Positions 1 through 11,328 of a DNA stretch of 57,261 nt are shown piece by piece. Source of the stretch: Dehalococcoidia bacterium (lineage in GTDB: Bacteria; Chloroflexota; Dehalococcoidia; SHYB01; SHYL01); NCBI GenBank assembly GCA_009692825.1, contig SHYL01000003.1, positions 1 to 57,261 on the forward strand, in the 5' to 3' direction. The position numbers and the translations under genes were made by a program. How positions within the stretch are numbered: the stretch's first letter is position 1; each line of letters begins with the position of its first letter. The notes beneath the pieces were generated by a model, which saw nothing but the letters and a program-made list of their open reading frames with translations, made no database searches and was not told where the DNA came from.

Positions 1-2
1 CG

Positions 3-839
3 ATGTATTTCGCCGGCGTGTTATCAAATTTGATCGCTCCTTATGGTTACAACGAGTTCGATACTTCTCATGTAAGGCAAGGGCCGAGCATGAGCCATTG
101 GTTCGGCACCGATTTCGGAGGAAGGGACCTTCTATCGCGCATCATTTACGGACTGCGGTCTACCGTGATAGTAACAATAATAACTATAGCGTTCGGCAGC
201 TTGTTACTTGGGATCGTCCTGGGTGCCATAGCTGGTTATAAAGGCGGGATTTTCGAAGCGGTCATAATGAGAATTGGAGATATTTTCCTTGCATTCCCAG
301 GCTTACTATTTGTCATTATTATTGCCGCTACAGTTAAGCCAAGGGTACTGGAGCTTAACCGTTGGATCGAAGACCATACCTTCATCAAAGGATTGGTCTC
401 GACCGGTGTCACTGATTACATAGTAATATTTGGAGCCTTATCGCTCATAAGCTGGGTCAGCATGGCGCGCCTTGTGAGAGGACAGATCCTATCCATAAAG
501 AGAGAAGAATATGTAATGGCAGCCATTGCATTGGGTGCTACTGACGCTCATATAATTCGCAAGCATATTGTGCCGAACGTTCTCAGTCAGATTATTGTTG
601 TTCTCTCGGGTGCTCTTGGGGCCATCGCTCTGTCAGAGGCTTCGCTTAGCTTCCTGGGAATCGGTGTGCAACCGCCTACGCCAAGTCTTGGTAACCTGCT
701 TACCGGCGGAAGCGTAAGCCTTCTACAGGCTAACTCTCACCTAGTATTTTTCCCTGCAGCCGTAGTGGCAGTGCTATTGTTCTGCTTCAATATGGTTGGA
801 GATGCCGTAAATGATGCGGTAAACCCGCGGACACGCTGA
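3..839 (+). CDS. Oligopeptide/dipeptide ABC transporter permease (OppC/DppC family), probably 5'-truncated by window edge
   Basis: HWFGTDxxGRDLLSRIIYG motif and EAA loop (EEYVMAAIALGA..IIRKHIVPN); hydrophobic helices. Confidence 0.92.
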   Translation: MYFAGVLSNLIAPYGYNEFDTSHVRQGPSMSHWFGTDFGGRDLLSRIIYGLRSTVIVTIITIAFGSLLLGIVLGAIAGYKGGIFEAVIMRIGDIFLAFPGLLFVIIIAATVKPRVLELNRWIEDHTFIKGLVSTGVTDYIVIFGALSLISWVSMARLVRGQILSIKREEYVMAAIALGATDAHIIRKHIVPNVLSQIIVVLSGALGAIALSEASLSFLGIGVQPPTPSLGNLLTGGSVSLLQANSHLVFFPAAVVAVLLFCFNMVGDAVNDAVNPRTR

Positions 840-1682
840 TTATTCAGGCCACTCGCCGGTAAATACTTCTTCCGCAGGTCCCGTAAGCCACACTTCACCT
901 TTGCCGTCCCAATCAAGCTTCAGGGAGCCGCCAGGAAGCTGCACGTTAAGAGTATCGCCGGTGAAGCCGTGCATCCGCCCGGCAACCGCGATGGCGGCAG
1001 CGCCGGAGCCGCAAGCCATGGTCAGCCCTGCGCCGCGCTCCCATACGCGCGCTTTCACGTTGCTCTTATCTATGACGTTTACGATCTCGAAGTTAACGCG
1101 CCTCGGGAAAAGCTTCATATGCTCAATAGTTGGGCCTACGCCAGCCAGGTCTAACGAATCCACTGGCTCTTTTATAAATGCAACGGCATGCGGGTTGCCC
1201 ATCGAGATGCCAGTAACGTTAAAACTGGTCCCATTAGCCTTAATAGGATAATCGACTATTCTATCGAGCTTTTCGGTGACGCTTACAGGTATTTCTTCCG
1301 GCTTGAATCTTGGAGCGCCCATGCCTACTTTTACAGTCGCGACTTTATCGCTGCGCCACGTCACGGTTATGGGGTGGATGCCGGCAAGCGTCTCAACTGT
1401 AAGCGGGGCGTTCTTGCCAATGATGCTGTGGTCAAGGATATATTTGACGAAACAGCGGACGCCGTTGCCGCACATTTCGGCTTCTGAGCCGTCGGCGTTT
1501 ATTATCCGCATCCTGGCATTCGCTTTTGTGGAGGGTAGTATCAGCAGAATGCCGTCCGCGCCCACGCCGAAATGCCTGTCGCACATCTTCAGGGCAAGCG
1601 ATTCCCAGTCGCGCTGGATAGACCGCGCATCGATAAGAACGAAATCGTTGCCTGTGCCATGCAGCTTGGTGAACTTAATCAA
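840..1682 (-). CDS. dapF: Diaminopimelate epimerase
   Basis: FTKLHGTGNDF, EMCGNGVRC, GNPHAV, RVWERGAGLTMACGSG motifs. Confidence 0.97.
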   Translation of the reverse strand: MIKFTKLHGTGNDFVLIDARSIQRDWESLALKMCDRHFGVGADGILLILPSTKANARMRIINADGSEAEMCGNGVRCFVKYILDHSIIGKNAPLTVETLAGIHPITVTWRSDKVATVKVGMGAPRFKPEEIPVSVTEKLDRIVDYPIKANGTSFNVTGISMGNPHAVAFIKEPVDSLDLAGVGPTIEHMKLFPRRVNFEIVNVIDKSNVKARVWERGAGLTMACGSGAAAIAVAGRMHGFTGDTLNVQLPGGSLKLDWDGKGEVWLTGPAEEVFTGEWPE

Positions 1683-2218
1683 GGAGCTTTCTCCATGCGC
1701 TTTTGCTTAATACCGATTATATCCTTAATGGGCGGAGCCTTAGTAAAATAACGGACCCCCTGAGGCTCCAGCGACTTCAGGAGTGACGCTACGGTTTTAT
1801 TCAAAATGGGATGGACGAATGACGGGGCGATGCGGGCCAGCGGTCGCAGTACGAATTCACGTTGTGCTGCCTTGGGGTGCGGGACGGTAAGAGCTTTGGT
1901 GTTAATCACGTCGTTATCCCAGAAGATGATGTCTATGTCTATCAGACGCGGGCCATTCCTGAAACTCTTTTGCCGGCCTATCGATTTTTCAATGTCTTTC
2001 AGCTTTTTCAGGAAGTCGTGAGGCTCATACGATGTGAATACGAGACAGGTCATGTTTAGAAATTTGGCCTGCTTTTCGAATCCAATGGGATCAGTCTGGT
2101 AAATCGGCGAGACTTTCAGGACTTCCGATGCTCCTGATATCAGCGACAGGGTTTTCAGTAAGTTGGTTTTTCTGCTGCCCACATTAGAGCCGAGACTCAG
2201 ATAGATGTTTTTATGCAT
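1679..2218 (-). CDS. folK: 2-amino-4-hydroxy-6-hydroxymethyldihydropteridine diphosphokinase (HPPK)
   Basis: YLSLGSNVG, GPRLIDIDII, LTVPHP, REFVLRPL; start moved to ATG at 2218, which overlaps the miaA stop. Confidence 0.95.
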   Translation of the reverse strand: MHKNIYLSLGSNVGSRKTNLLKTLSLISGASEVLKVSPIYQTDPIGFEKQAKFLNMTCLVFTSYEPHDFLKKLKDIEKSIGRQKSFRNGPRLIDIDIIFWDNDVINTKALTVPHPKAAQREFVLRPLARIAPSFVHPILNKTVASLLKSLEPQGVRYFTKAPPIKDIIGIKQKRMEKAP

Positions 2219-3149
2219 GGTTTTCAATGAATTTCTCGATGAGATTTGAGGCTTCTTCATGCCATTTATTTCCTGTAATATCCAGCCAGGTTATATCGGG
2301 GTCCTTGAGCCTGAACCATGCGTATTGATGACGCGCAAAATTATGCGTGTCGAATTTGATTTTCTTGACGGCGTCTGCTAGGGTAAGCTTACCTTCCAAA
2401 AACGCCGTGATTTGAGAGTAACCAATGCCGGACATGGACGGTAGATCCGATGGGTAGCCTTTTTTCAGAAGCGCCTTCACTTCATCCGCAAGGCCATCTT
2501 TAATCATTTGGTCTACTCGCATATCGATCCTGTGGTATAGCTCATCACGCGGACACGTCAGGCCGATAATGAGGAAACTGTATTTCGGCTCAGAGCTACC
2601 TGTTTCAGAGAATTTGTGTCCGGTTGTTTCGTAGACTTCCAGCGCGCGGATAATGCGCCTCACGTTTTGAGGTTCTATTTTTGCCGCCGCTTCGGGATCA
2701 ATCGATTGTAGCTGGCGGTACAGGTGGCCGCTGCCTTTTTCCGCCGTCGCTTGCTCGAGTTCAGCGCGCCTATCGAAAGAAGGCTCCACACGGGGGATAT
2801 TCATTCCCTTAACGATCGCTTTTACGTACAGGCCTGAACCGCCAACGAGGAAGGGCTGCTTACCGTCCCTCAGGGTATCGTCGAAGGCTGAATACGCCTG
2901 CTCCTGGTACAAGGCGAGGCTGTATTTTTCGTCAGGTTCAAGGATATCGATAAGGTGATGGCGGACGCGAGCCAGCATTTGCGCCGGCGGCTTGGCTGTG
3001 CCAATGTCCATACGTTTGTAAAACTGACGGCTGTCAGCGTTGACGATTTCACCGTTGACGCGGGACGCTAAGTCGACTGCGAGGCCGCTTTTGCCGACAC
3101 CCGTAGGGCCGACTATTGCGACGATGGGGCCTTTTAGTTCCTTAGCCAT
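2211..3149 (-). CDS. miaA: tRNA dimethylallyltransferase
   Basis: GPTGVGKS P-loop, NADSRQFYKRMDIGTAKP, VGGSGLY, RRIIRALEV. Confidence 0.97.
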   Translation of the reverse strand: MAKELKGPIVAIVGPTGVGKSGLAVDLASRVNGEIVNADSRQFYKRMDIGTAKPPAQMLARVRHHLIDILEPDEKYSLALYQEQAYSAFDDTLRDGKQPFLVGGSGLYVKAIVKGMNIPRVEPSFDRRAELEQATAEKGSGHLYRQLQSIDPEAAAKIEPQNVRRIIRALEVYETTGHKFSETGSSEPKYSFLIIGLTCPRDELYHRIDMRVDQMIKDGLADEVKALLKKGYPSDLPSMSGIGYSQITAFLEGKLTLADAVKKIKFDTHNFARHQYAWFRLKDPDITWLDITGNKWHEEASNLIEKFIENHA

Positions 3150-3151
3150 GC

Positions 3152-6100
3152 TCAGCGCGAGGAATCAACGACCTGGTAGATTTTTAAACCGGGGTTCGAG
3201 TAGACCAGCCGAAGGGAGGTCATTTCATCAAATTTGGCAAGGCCGCCGTTAGAGTACTGGCTGATCTCCAGCTGGCCGATGTAAACGTACTTGATACGGT
3301 ACTTTTGGATGAGGCGCATAGAAAGCTGTTTGTCGTCAGTCTGGTATATCTGCGCACCTTCGCGCTGGCGGGTCCGCATCTCATCAACCGTTCGAGCGAT
3401 TTCGGGCCTGCCGCTGACGTCGCCTGACGCGGCACGCTGCTGTGTCTGGTGCCAGTTCCAGCCTATAAGTCCGGGCAGTCCTGTGTAAATACTTACGCGC
3501 GAATACCACTTGTATTCCGAGCGCTCCTGGGGAACAGCTTCAAGAACGACAGGTGAGCCTTTTACATTGTCCTGCAGCCATATGATGCCGAGCTTATCGC
3601 TTATGAGAGTCATCCTGCCGCTTTGGCCGTCGTCATATGTTGCGGTGTCCATATAGGCCATACCGTCGCGGTTTAATCCAACGGTAGTGTCGAACCTGTT
3701 GGCTAGCCTCATCCTGCCGCCCATGACCGTATAGACGCCCGCAGAAAGTATGAGAAGCGTTAGCGGAACAGCGAATGCTGCTTTCGCCCAGGGTTGTTTA
3801 AGCAGGGATACGCCGGGAGCAAAGAGGAGACTCCATACTGCGAACGCTGAAACTATTCCAAACAGGACCCATGCCTGCAAATAGACTTTGAAGACAGTAT
3901 TGAGGCGGTTGATATCTCCATCCAGTACTACAACCTCTACGCCTACGCCAAGCGCGAGAGCTACGGCGAGCATCACGTATACAAAAAGGCGCACGCCCTT
4001 GTCTTCGTCGTTGGTGTGGGCTTCCGCAAGAAACGCTATGCAGATGACGAATATGATTGCCGAAAGCAGGATCGCGGTGGAATAGCCTTTGTATCCGAAG
4101 TAGGCGATCGAGCCTAAGGATAAAAGCAGAACAAAACCTACAGTCGCTTTAGCGAGAGTTTTCGGCTTAAGGTCGTCCAATAAGGAGTGTGCCGTATTTC
4201 TTAGTCCCCACGACCTCAACCTCGTCCGTATGGGAGCTATATACCGAAGCGCAATCATGGACACTATGAAAATAACGAAAGTAAATATGAACAGGCCGTG
4301 GATCACGAAATAATCCTTGACGGGAGTGCGCCACTCGCTGTGATGAATGCTCGCGTAGAAGTTTTCAAACTTCTGGTTGAACGGCAGAAAGAGCATATAT
4401 GAGATGAGGAAGACCAGGATGGATATCAAGAGTGAACGTCCGAGCACTCTCCATATTTGTTGCGGTGTGCGGAGAAACTCGGCGATCCCTATTGAAAGCA
4501 CAACGACGAGCAAATAAGTCACTGAGTCCCAGCTGTTCGTGGCCCTTAATGCACCCATGGCCAGACCGATAAAGAAAATCGTGACCATACGCGAACGCAT
4601 CGATGCCGCGCGCGCGCTTGCTATCAAGTTGAGGCACAGGCCTAGAGTCAGGGCAGTTATCGGAAGCGAAATCATGTGCGCATGGAGGTCGCCGAACAGG
4701 AATGTGAAGTAAGGGAACTCTGTTATCTCGTACCCGGGCGGGTCTGAGTGGATAGCCCGTGTGCTGCCCCAGAAGTCGAAATGGCTTAAAGGAAGGTCGT
4801 CTATGCGGTTACGGATGACCTGTATGACACCGTCCAGGTTGCCAAGCACGAGCACAAATAGGACGGCCATGAAGCCAGCGAGTGATACCAGCAGGAAGCC
4901 CTTCCAGTTTCTTTGCGCCGGTTGGTTTCCTCCCAACGTAAGGGATGCCAGGTTATAGCCAACCGAGAAGACGCCGCCTGCCATAAGCGCGAACCATGTG
5001 GCGACGGCGAGGTTGTACGAGACGCTGGGCAGTATGCCGAGCCATTTGATTACCGTGGCGACGTGGAACTGGCCGAAGTAGTAGTAGTTCAGGAAGCCGC
5101 CTGCAAACCATGGGTCGTATGCGGGCATGTAGGTAGATTTTATGACGGCGTTCAGATATGCGAAATCCATCGGTTTTTCGCCTCCTAGATATGGGTCCCA
5201 CAGGTCGGGATCTGCGAGACGCACCATGTAGAAGGTGAACATTGCCACAAGAAATATCGCTTCGAAGAACAGGAAGCGCTGCCAGTTTTCTTTGAGCAAC
5301 TTACGGAAATGACTCTGGTTTTTCCATGCGATAGCTGCGGATACGGCCGCAAGGAACGCAAGCGTAAGCCATATCGTGCCCCTAGTGAAGGGCAGTAGAT
5401 GGATGCTGGATACCGTAAACACGATAAACGAGAGGAGCAACAAGGCGAGCATCTTGGTCAGCAGATAGCCCTTATCAGGCAGCCGGCTAAAGACGGTGAG
5501 GCCTATGGGCAGGCAGACCAGGCAGGCGAACTCGACCCCAAGCAGCCAGAAGAACTCAGGGAACTTGTTTACAATGCTGTCCCTGTTGAAAATTTCTGAG
5601 AACGTCCCACCCTCTTCCTGGGCTTTCAAATCATCCGTATTCAGCATTAACTGCAGCGGTCTTTGCTCGATGGACGAGGAAGGCAGGACGGTTTCTAATT
5701 GCTCACGAGTTAGAGCAGACGTTTTCTTAAAAATCAGGACCAATGGACGGTCGTAAACTGTGAACGACTCATCGGCGAAACCTAGATTAACCGTGGGGCG
5801 ATCGTAGCCTTTGGGTGCTGTAAGGCCCGGCTTTTTAAAGGTGTCGCTACCGATGGTTATGCCGAATAATCCCGGGTTATTTTGCCGCTGATAGACCAGC
5901 TCAAATCCCAGGGGGCCATCGAACAGGCGGGCATAGTACTGAGAAGTGAACGGATAACGCTCAGGCAGAAGAGGGATCACGCCGTACAGACGGTTGCTGT
6001 ACATGGTGATGTAATCAGCCCGCATGATTTCGCCGATCACTCTGTCGCGCTTGGCTTCATTGTCATCGCCGTAGTTATCCATGGGCAGGACCTGGTAGCG

Positions 6101-7546
6101 GGAACCGCCTGCCATGCCAGGTATGTTTTCATCCCATATTTCATGTGTCGCTACGGAATTTGCGGGTACGTTCTCGCGGAACCATTGCGCGGCCGCCACA
6201 GCTGAATGGGGTTCAGTGTAGATTTTCATAAACGGAACAGCGTAAAGAGCGGTGGCTATCAATGTGATCACTCCCACCGCGGTCGCTATATGCGGGTTTG
6301 CGAGCTTCCAGCCCACCCATTGCCGTGCTTTAAGCCAGTCATATGCTGAGAAAATCAGACGAGACGCCAGCAGAATCAGGAAAGGCGTGATCGGGAGGAG
6401 ATAGCGCAGGAACTTAACGTCGAACTGGCCTATGACCAGGAAGTAGGGCAGGGCCCACGCTAGTATGAGGATGTCTGCTTTGTTCTTTCGCAGAGCCCCG
6501 GCAGCCGCAGAAAATATCAAACCCAGCCATGATAGGATGCCCAGAAACGGGCCGACGCTCCAGATCGCGAATTGCGAGATGTGATACCAGTACGGGGTGG
6601 TGCCTTCGTACTGACGCGTGTAAGGGTAATCCCGTATGCGGCGAACCATCTCGCTTTGCTCACGGAAGTCGCCAAGGAACGTATGCCAGTCGATGATGGC
6701 GTACGGCTGAGCTACAACGAACGCTGTTCCTGACATAACGAGCGTAATAAACAGGAAAAATAGCGTATGCATTAGATGTGAGGTATCGACGGAAGTTTTT
6801 CCTTTTTCAAACGATATAGCCGAAAGGAAATAAGCGGCAAAGACCGCGACAAATATGGGCGCAAAGCTAACTTTGGTCGCCAACCCCAGGCCTAATGCTG
6901 AGCCCGTAAATGCGGCCGCTATCCACCCGGGCTTGCGCATTATTCCGGCCAGCAAATATATGGTGAGCAAGGCGAAAAAGGTCAGCAGGACATCAGGCGT
7001 GTAGAAGTGGCTGTACTGGATGTGAAGCACGGCAAAGGTGATAAATGCCGTTGCGAGCAGTCCCACGCGCCGGCTGTAAAGACGCGAGCCGATCAGGAAG
7101 ACGAGCAGAATAGAAGCAGTGTCCACGAATGCGTTTAGTCCCCTGCCCAGCACTGCATAGTCGTCAAGAGAGTAGTCGTCAAAAAATGGGTTGGGTATAA
7201 GGGATACGCCTTTTAGGAGATATATGGGGAAGCTTCCATAAGGGAACCAGTGAGTGTTCAGGGGGCTTTTCACGCTGAAGAACTCGGCAAGGCTATTAGG
7301 CATACCGATTTCCGAAACGCCGCGCTTGCCGCTGCCGCTTTCCATGTTTTCCCATAGGATCGCGCGCTCATCTGGGTGGATCAGGTTGCCGTTGTCCCAG
7401 TGGAGGCCGTAGAGCCGCATACCAAGGGACGCGCCAAGCAACAGTATGAGGACAAGGATTGTCACATGCGCTCTCAAAAATGAGTACACATTGGCTGATG
7501 CACGACGGGAACTGCTTTTTAAAGGGTCGGAAGTCTCTTCAATCAT
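3152..7546 (-). CDS. Large membrane protein: N-terminal PMT/GT-C-like glycosyltransferase domain fused to DUF2298 (Chlor_Arch_YYY) domain
   Basis: HPDER motif, YGSFPIY, TRQY and KFLRYLLPI in N-half; GGEKPMDFAYLNA..PAYDPWFAGG.LNYYYFG, ITEFPYFTFLFGDLHAH, NTVFKVYLQAW in C-half; many TM segments. Confidence 0.85.
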   Translation of the reverse strand: MIEETSDPLKSSSRRASANVYSFLRAHVTILVLILLLGASLGMRLYGLHWDNGNLIHPDERAILWENMESGSGKRGVSEIGMPNSLAEFFSVKSPLNTHWFPYGSFPIYLLKGVSLIPNPFFDDYSLDDYAVLGRGLNAFVDTASILLVFLIGSRLYSRRVGLLATAFITFAVLHIQYSHFYTPDVLLTFFALLTIYLLAGIMRKPGWIAAAFTGSALGLGLATKVSFAPIFVAVFAAYFLSAISFEKGKTSVDTSHLMHTLFFLFITLVMSGTAFVVAQPYAIIDWHTFLGDFREQSEMVRRIRDYPYTRQYEGTTPYWYHISQFAIWSVGPFLGILSWLGLIFSAAAGALRKNKADILILAWALPYFLVIGQFDVKFLRYLLPITPFLILLASRLIFSAYDWLKARQWVGWKLANPHIATAVGVITLIATALYAVPFMKIYTEPHSAVAAAQWFRENVPANSVATHEIWDENIPGMAGGSRYQVLPMDNYGDDNEAKRDRVIGEIMRADYITMYSNRLYGVIPLLPERYPFTSQYYARLFDGPLGFELVYQRQNNPGLFGITIGSDTFKKPGLTAPKGYDRPTVNLGFADESFTVYDRPLVLIFKKTSALTREQLETVLPSSSIEQRPLQLMLNTDDLKAQEEGGTFSEIFNRDSIVNKFPEFFWLLGVEFACLVCLPIGLTVFSRLPDKGYLLTKMLALLLLSFIVFTVSSIHLLPFTRGTIWLTLAFLAAVSAAIAWKNQSHFRKLLKENWQRFLFFEAIFLVAMFTFYMVRLADPDLWDPYLGGEKPMDFAYLNAVIKSTYMPAYDPWFAGGFLNYYYFGQFHVATVIKWLGILPSVSYNLAVATWFALMAGGVFSVGYNLASLTLGGNQPAQRNWKGFLLVSLAGFMAVLFVLVLGNLDGVIQVIRNRIDDLPLSHFDFWGSTRAIHSDPPGYEITEFPYFTFLFGDLHAHMISLPITALTLGLCLNLIASARAASMRSRMVTIFFIGLAMGALRATNSWDSVTYLLVVVLSIGIAEFLRTPQQIWRVLGRSLLISILVFLISYMLFLPFNQKFENFYASIHHSEWRTPVKDYFVIHGLFIFTFVIFIVSMIALRYIAPIRTRLRSWGLRNTAHSLLDDLKPKTLAKATVGFVLLLSLGSIAYFGYKGYSTAILLSAIIFVICIAFLAEAHTNDEDKGVRLFVYVMLAVALALGVGVEVVVLDGDINRLNTVFKVYLQAWVLFGIVSAFAVWSLLFAPGVSLLKQPWAKAAFAVPLTLLILSAGVYTVMGGRMRLANRFDTTVGLNRDGMAYMDTATYDDGQSGRMTLISDKLGIIWLQDNVKGSPVVLEAVPQERSEYKWYSRVSIYTGLPGLIGWNWHQTQQRAASGDVSGRPEIARTVDEMRTRQREGAQIYQTDDKQLSMRLIQKYRIKYVYIGQLEISQYSNGGLAKFDEMTSLRLVYSNPGLKIYQVVDSSR

Positions 7547-7592
7547 TTGTTTAAATATACGGAAGTTTTAGGGAAGAAGGGTAGAAAGTGGA

Positions 7593-8012
7593 TCACTCGC
7601 CTATGATCTGAAGCACAAGGTCTCTTGTGCGAGGCTTGCTGTCGAAATCGATCATGACGATCTTCTGCCACTGGCCGAGCATCAGCTTACCAGCCTCGAA
7701 AGGCACCACCAGTGACGGGCCTATGATCGAGGCGCTTACGTGCGAATGGCCGTTGGTATCGTTGTTCAGAACGTTGTGCTGATAGGTGGCGGTTGCCGGC
7801 AGCAGCTTTGCCCAGAGCGCCTGCAGGTCCATGATCATGCCCTTTTCAAGCTCAATGATGGTGATGGCGGCAGTAGTGTGCTTTGTAAATACAGTTGCGA
7901 TGCCATTCTTGAGGCCGCTTTCAGCCAGCTTCTTGCCGACAGTATCCGTGATGTCTATTACTTCAGAAGCCCCTTTGGAATCTATCTGGAATTTCTTTGA
8001 AACGACTGACAT
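7593..8012 (-). CDS. YjbQ/UPF0047 family protein (secondary thiamine-phosphate synthase-like)
   Basis: HTTAAITIIE, NGHSHV, LGQWQKI..DFD motifs. Confidence 0.9.
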   Translation of the reverse strand: MSVVSKKFQIDSKGASEVIDITDTVGKKLAESGLKNGIATVFTKHTTAAITIIELEKGMIMDLQALWAKLLPATATYQHNVLNNDTNGHSHVSASIIGPSLVVPFEAGKLMLGQWQKIVMIDFDSKPRTRDLVLQIIGE

Positions 8013-8020
8013 AGGGCTCC

Positions 8021-11000
8021 TTACTTCGCGCTGCCGTTCAGGTATTCAGTGCGGCGCAGGACATTGTACTCAGTCCTGCCAGCTGATAACGATTCTATCG
8101 CTACACGAGCGGTGTCCAGGCTGGTGTAGCATGGTATGCGCATCTCGGCAGCCGCGCGCCTGATCTCGAAGCCATCTTTTAGTGTTGTCCTGCCGCCGGA
8201 TACGGTGTTTATGACTGCGTGGACCATCACGTTGCGTATAACGTCCACGACGTTTGGGTGGCCTTCGTGCAGTTTTTTGGTAACCATCGTTGGAGTCAGG
8301 CCGTTCTGCTGGAGCATATTGGCTGTACCTTCAGTAGCGTACAGCTTGTACCCATGCTCGGCGATCTTCTTAATTATTGGTATTGATTCGTCTTTATCCC
8401 TGTCCGCTATGCTGATCAGGATACCCCCTTTTTCCGGAAGCATTAGACCTGCTGCTATGAGAGCTTTTGTGAGGGCGCCCTGGTATGTGTAATCGATACC
8501 CATGACCTCGCCAGTCGACTTCATTTCGGGGCCCAGGTATGTATCGACTCCGCCGAGCTTTGACATGCTGAATACGGGAGCTTTTATGCCAATGAGGCCC
8601 TGTCTCTTTAACAGGCCGCTCTTGTAGCCCTGCTCTTTCAGTGTTTTGCCGAGCATAACTTTGCTCGCTATGCGCACCATGGGAGCATCGGTAAGTTTTG
8701 ATATGAAAGGGATAGTCCTGCTGGCACGAGGATTAACTTCAATGATGAACACCTGAGACGACTGGCCTGGGTTTCTCACGACGATAGCCTGCACGTTCAT
8801 CAGGCCCTTAATCTTCAATTCCCTTCCAATGCGTTCCGTGTAGTCAACGATAATGTTTACTTCCTCATTTGTAAGACCAATGCCGGGGTAAATGGTCATA
8901 GCATCGCCACTGTGGACACCCGCGCGCTCTATATGCTCCATGATGCCCGGGATGAGCACGGATTCTCCGTCTGATACGGCGTCGACGTCTATTTCTTTGC
9001 CCAGTAGGTACTTATCGACCAGGATGGCACGGTCGAGGCCAGCGCTGATGGCGGCGTTAACGTACTGGCTAAGCTCCGCATCATTGTTTACGACCTCCAT
9101 GGCCCTTCCCCCCAGAACGTAGCTGGGCCGGACCAGGACTGGATAGCCGATGGCTGCAGCGACCTTAATAGCGTCTGGGGCTGTTCTTATAGCGGCGCCC
9201 GGTGGCATTGGAATACCAAGCCTTGTAAGAAATCCTTCGAATTTTCCTCGGTCGGAGGCTGTGTCTATGGCCTCAGCTGAAGAGCCGAGGATGGTCAGGT
9301 TGTTTTTTGCCAGCACCTGCGACAGGTTTATTGCGGTCTGTCCCCCGAACTGTACCGCGCTACCGATTTCGGAAAGGTCCGCGGGATTTGACGATTCGTT
9401 ATCGATGATGTCGCGGATGCTTTCTTCATCGAGAGGCTCAAAATAGAGACGTGTGCTCGTGTCAAAATCAGTGGAGACTGTTTCAGGGTTTGAATTCACG
9501 AGGATGCTCTGGGTGTTCTCTTCCTGGAAAGCCCACGCGGCGTGCACACTGCAGTAGTCGAACTCGATGCCCTGGCCGATCCTGATGGGACCGCTGCCTA
9601 TAACGATAGCTTTTCGGCCGGGAAGCGGAGGCGCTTCGTTTTCCTGCTCGTAGGTGCTGTAGAAATATGGCGTCTCGGCCACAAACTCGGCGGCGCAAGT
9701 GTCCACCATTTTGTAAACAGGCTTGATGCCCCATTCCTTGCGCTGAGTACGGACAGCCTCTGGCAGCCTATCAGCAAGCACGCCGATCTGCTCGTCGGAG
9801 AAGCCGAACCGCTTGGCCTGCCACATCAGATCATGTGTAAGGGGCTCTTGTAGGAGACGCTCCTGCATCTTCAAGATGTTATTCAGCCGGTTGATGAACC
9901 AGGGGTCGATCTTTGTATAAAGAGATATCGACATAGGTGTGGCGCCTTTTCGCAAGGCGGCCATGATTGCCCAGATGCGGAGGTCGTTCGCATGCAAAGG
10001 CAGGTTGTACAGGATGTTCTCCTGGATGTTTTTCCATTCAGGCGCTTCCCACAGCAGCGACTTTTCGCCGATGTCCAGCGAGCGTACTGCTTTCTGGAAC
10101 GCGGCCTCGAAGCTGCGGTCAATGGCCATGACCTCGCCAGTCGATTTCATCTGAGTGCCGAGCGTGCGGTCACCGCTGGCGAATTTGTCGAACGGCCAGC
10201 GTGGAATTTTGACTACGCAGTAGTCCAGTGCGGGCTCGAATGCAGCCACGGTGCGCTTGGTGACGGCGTTAGGTATCTCGTCAAGGCGCTTGCCTACGGC
10301 AATCTTTGCCGAGACGCGCGCGATCGGGTAGCCGGTCGCTTTGCTGGCCAGCGCCGAACTTCTGCTGACGCGAGGGTTTACCTCGATAACGTAATACTGA
10401 CTGACGGGATTCCCTACGTAGTCAATGTTCGTTTCGATGCCAGAGATAACGTTTTTGTTCGGGGCCAGCGCGTACTGTACGTTGCATCCGCCTTCAACGC
10501 CGAGCTCACGGATGATGTGAATGCTGGCCGTGCGCAGCATCTGGTATTCCTTGTCGGTAAGCGTTTGGCTGGGCGCTACGACGATGCTGTCGCCGGTGTG
10601 GACACCCATGGGGTCCAGGTTTTCCATGTTGCAAATGATGATGCAGTTGTCTGCGCCATCGCGCATGACTTCATATTCGATCTCTTTCCAGCCCTCGAGC
10701 GATTTTTCAAGAAGTACCTGATGGATGGGGCTGGACGACAAGCCGTAGCTGACCATGCGCTCTAGCTCGTCGGCGTGGCGTATGAAGCCGCCGCCCGTAC
10801 CGCCTAGGGTGAAAGCGGGGCGCACTACTAACGGAAGTCCTAGCTCCTTCGCAACCTCCTTAGCCTTTTCGATAGTTCCGACCGTCCTGCTGGGCGGTAC
10901 CGGCTCGCCAATCTCTATGAGCAGGCGCTTGAATAAATCGCGGTCTTCCGCTTTCTGTATCGTCGAAAGAGGCGTGCCTAGAAGGCGAACGCCGTACTTG

Positions 11001-11326
11001 TCGAGGATGCCATGCTCGGCAAGCTGTACGGCGAGGTTGAGGCCTGTCTGGCCACCCATGGTTGGCAGGAGGCCGTCAGGCTTCTCGCGAGCGATGATGC
11101 GCTCGATGACCTCAATGGTCAGTGGCTCAATGTAGACGATGTCGGCGATGCCCTCGTCGGTCATGATAGTGGCGGGGTTTGAGTTCACCAGAACTGTGAT
11201 GACGCCCTCTTCTCGAAGGGACTTGCACGCCTGTGCGCCTGCATAGTCAAATTCGGCGGCCTGGCCAATGATGATGGGGCCTGAGCCGATGACGAGGACT
11301 TTCTTAGGTTTCGGAGTGTTAGCCAT
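8021..11326 (-). CDS. carB: Carbamoyl-phosphate synthase large subunit
   Basis: [43 protein letters not shown], duplicated ATP-grasp halves and C-terminal MGS domain; start set at MANTPK. Confidence 0.98.
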   Translation of the reverse strand: MANTPKPKKVLVIGSGPIIIGQAAEFDYAGAQACKSLREEGVITVLVNSNPATIMTDEGIADIVYIEPLTIEVIERIIAREKPDGLLPTMGGQTGLNLAVQLAEHGILDKYGVRLLGTPLSTIQKAEDRDLFKRLLIEIGEPVPPSRTVGTIEKAKEVAKELGLPLVVRPAFTLGGTGGGFIRHADELERMVSYGLSSSPIHQVLLEKSLEGWKEIEYEVMRDGADNCIIICNMENLDPMGVHTGDSIVVAPSQTLTDKEYQMLRTASIHIIRELGVEGGCNVQYALAPNKNVISGIETNIDYVGNPVSQYYVIEVNPRVSRSSALASKATGYPIARVSAKIAVGKRLDEIPNAVTKRTVAAFEPALDYCVVKIPRWPFDKFASGDRTLGTQMKSTGEVMAIDRSFEAAFQKAVRSLDIGEKSLLWEAPEWKNIQENILYNLPLHANDLRIWAIMAALRKGATPMSISLYTKIDPWFINRLNNILKMQERLLQEPLTHDLMWQAKRFGFSDEQIGVLADRLPEAVRTQRKEWGIKPVYKMVDTCAAEFVAETPYFYSTYEQENEAPPLPGRKAIVIGSGPIRIGQGIEFDYCSVHAAWAFQEENTQSILVNSNPETVSTDFDTSTRLYFEPLDEESIRDIIDNESSNPADLSEIGSAVQFGGQTAINLSQVLAKNNLTILGSSAEAIDTASDRGKFEGFLTRLGIPMPPGAAIRTAPDAIKVAAAIGYPVLVRPSYVLGGRAMEVVNNDAELSQYVNAAISAGLDRAILVDKYLLGKEIDVDAVSDGESVLIPGIMEHIERAGVHSGDAMTIYPGIGLTNEEVNIIVDYTERIGRELKIKGLMNVQAIVVRNPGQSSQVFIIEVNPRASRTIPFISKLTDAPMVRIASKVMLGKTLKEQGYKSGLLKRQGLIGIKAPVFSMSKLGGVDTYLGPEMKSTGEVMGIDYTYQGALTKALIAAGLMLPEKGGILISIADRDKDESIPIIKKIAEHGYKLYATEGTANMLQQNGLTPTMVTKKLHEGHPNVVDVIRNVMVHAVINTVSGGRTTLKDGFEIRRAAAEMRIPCYTSLDTARVAIESLSAGRTEYNVLRRTEYLNGSAK

Positions 11327-11328
11327 TC

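Noticed and set aside
9992-10765. Long antisense ORFs (also 13887-14549, 15245-15808, 22845-23501, 41708-42379)
   Set aside because: They are shadows of well-conserved genes on the opposite strand, with no recognisable motifs.
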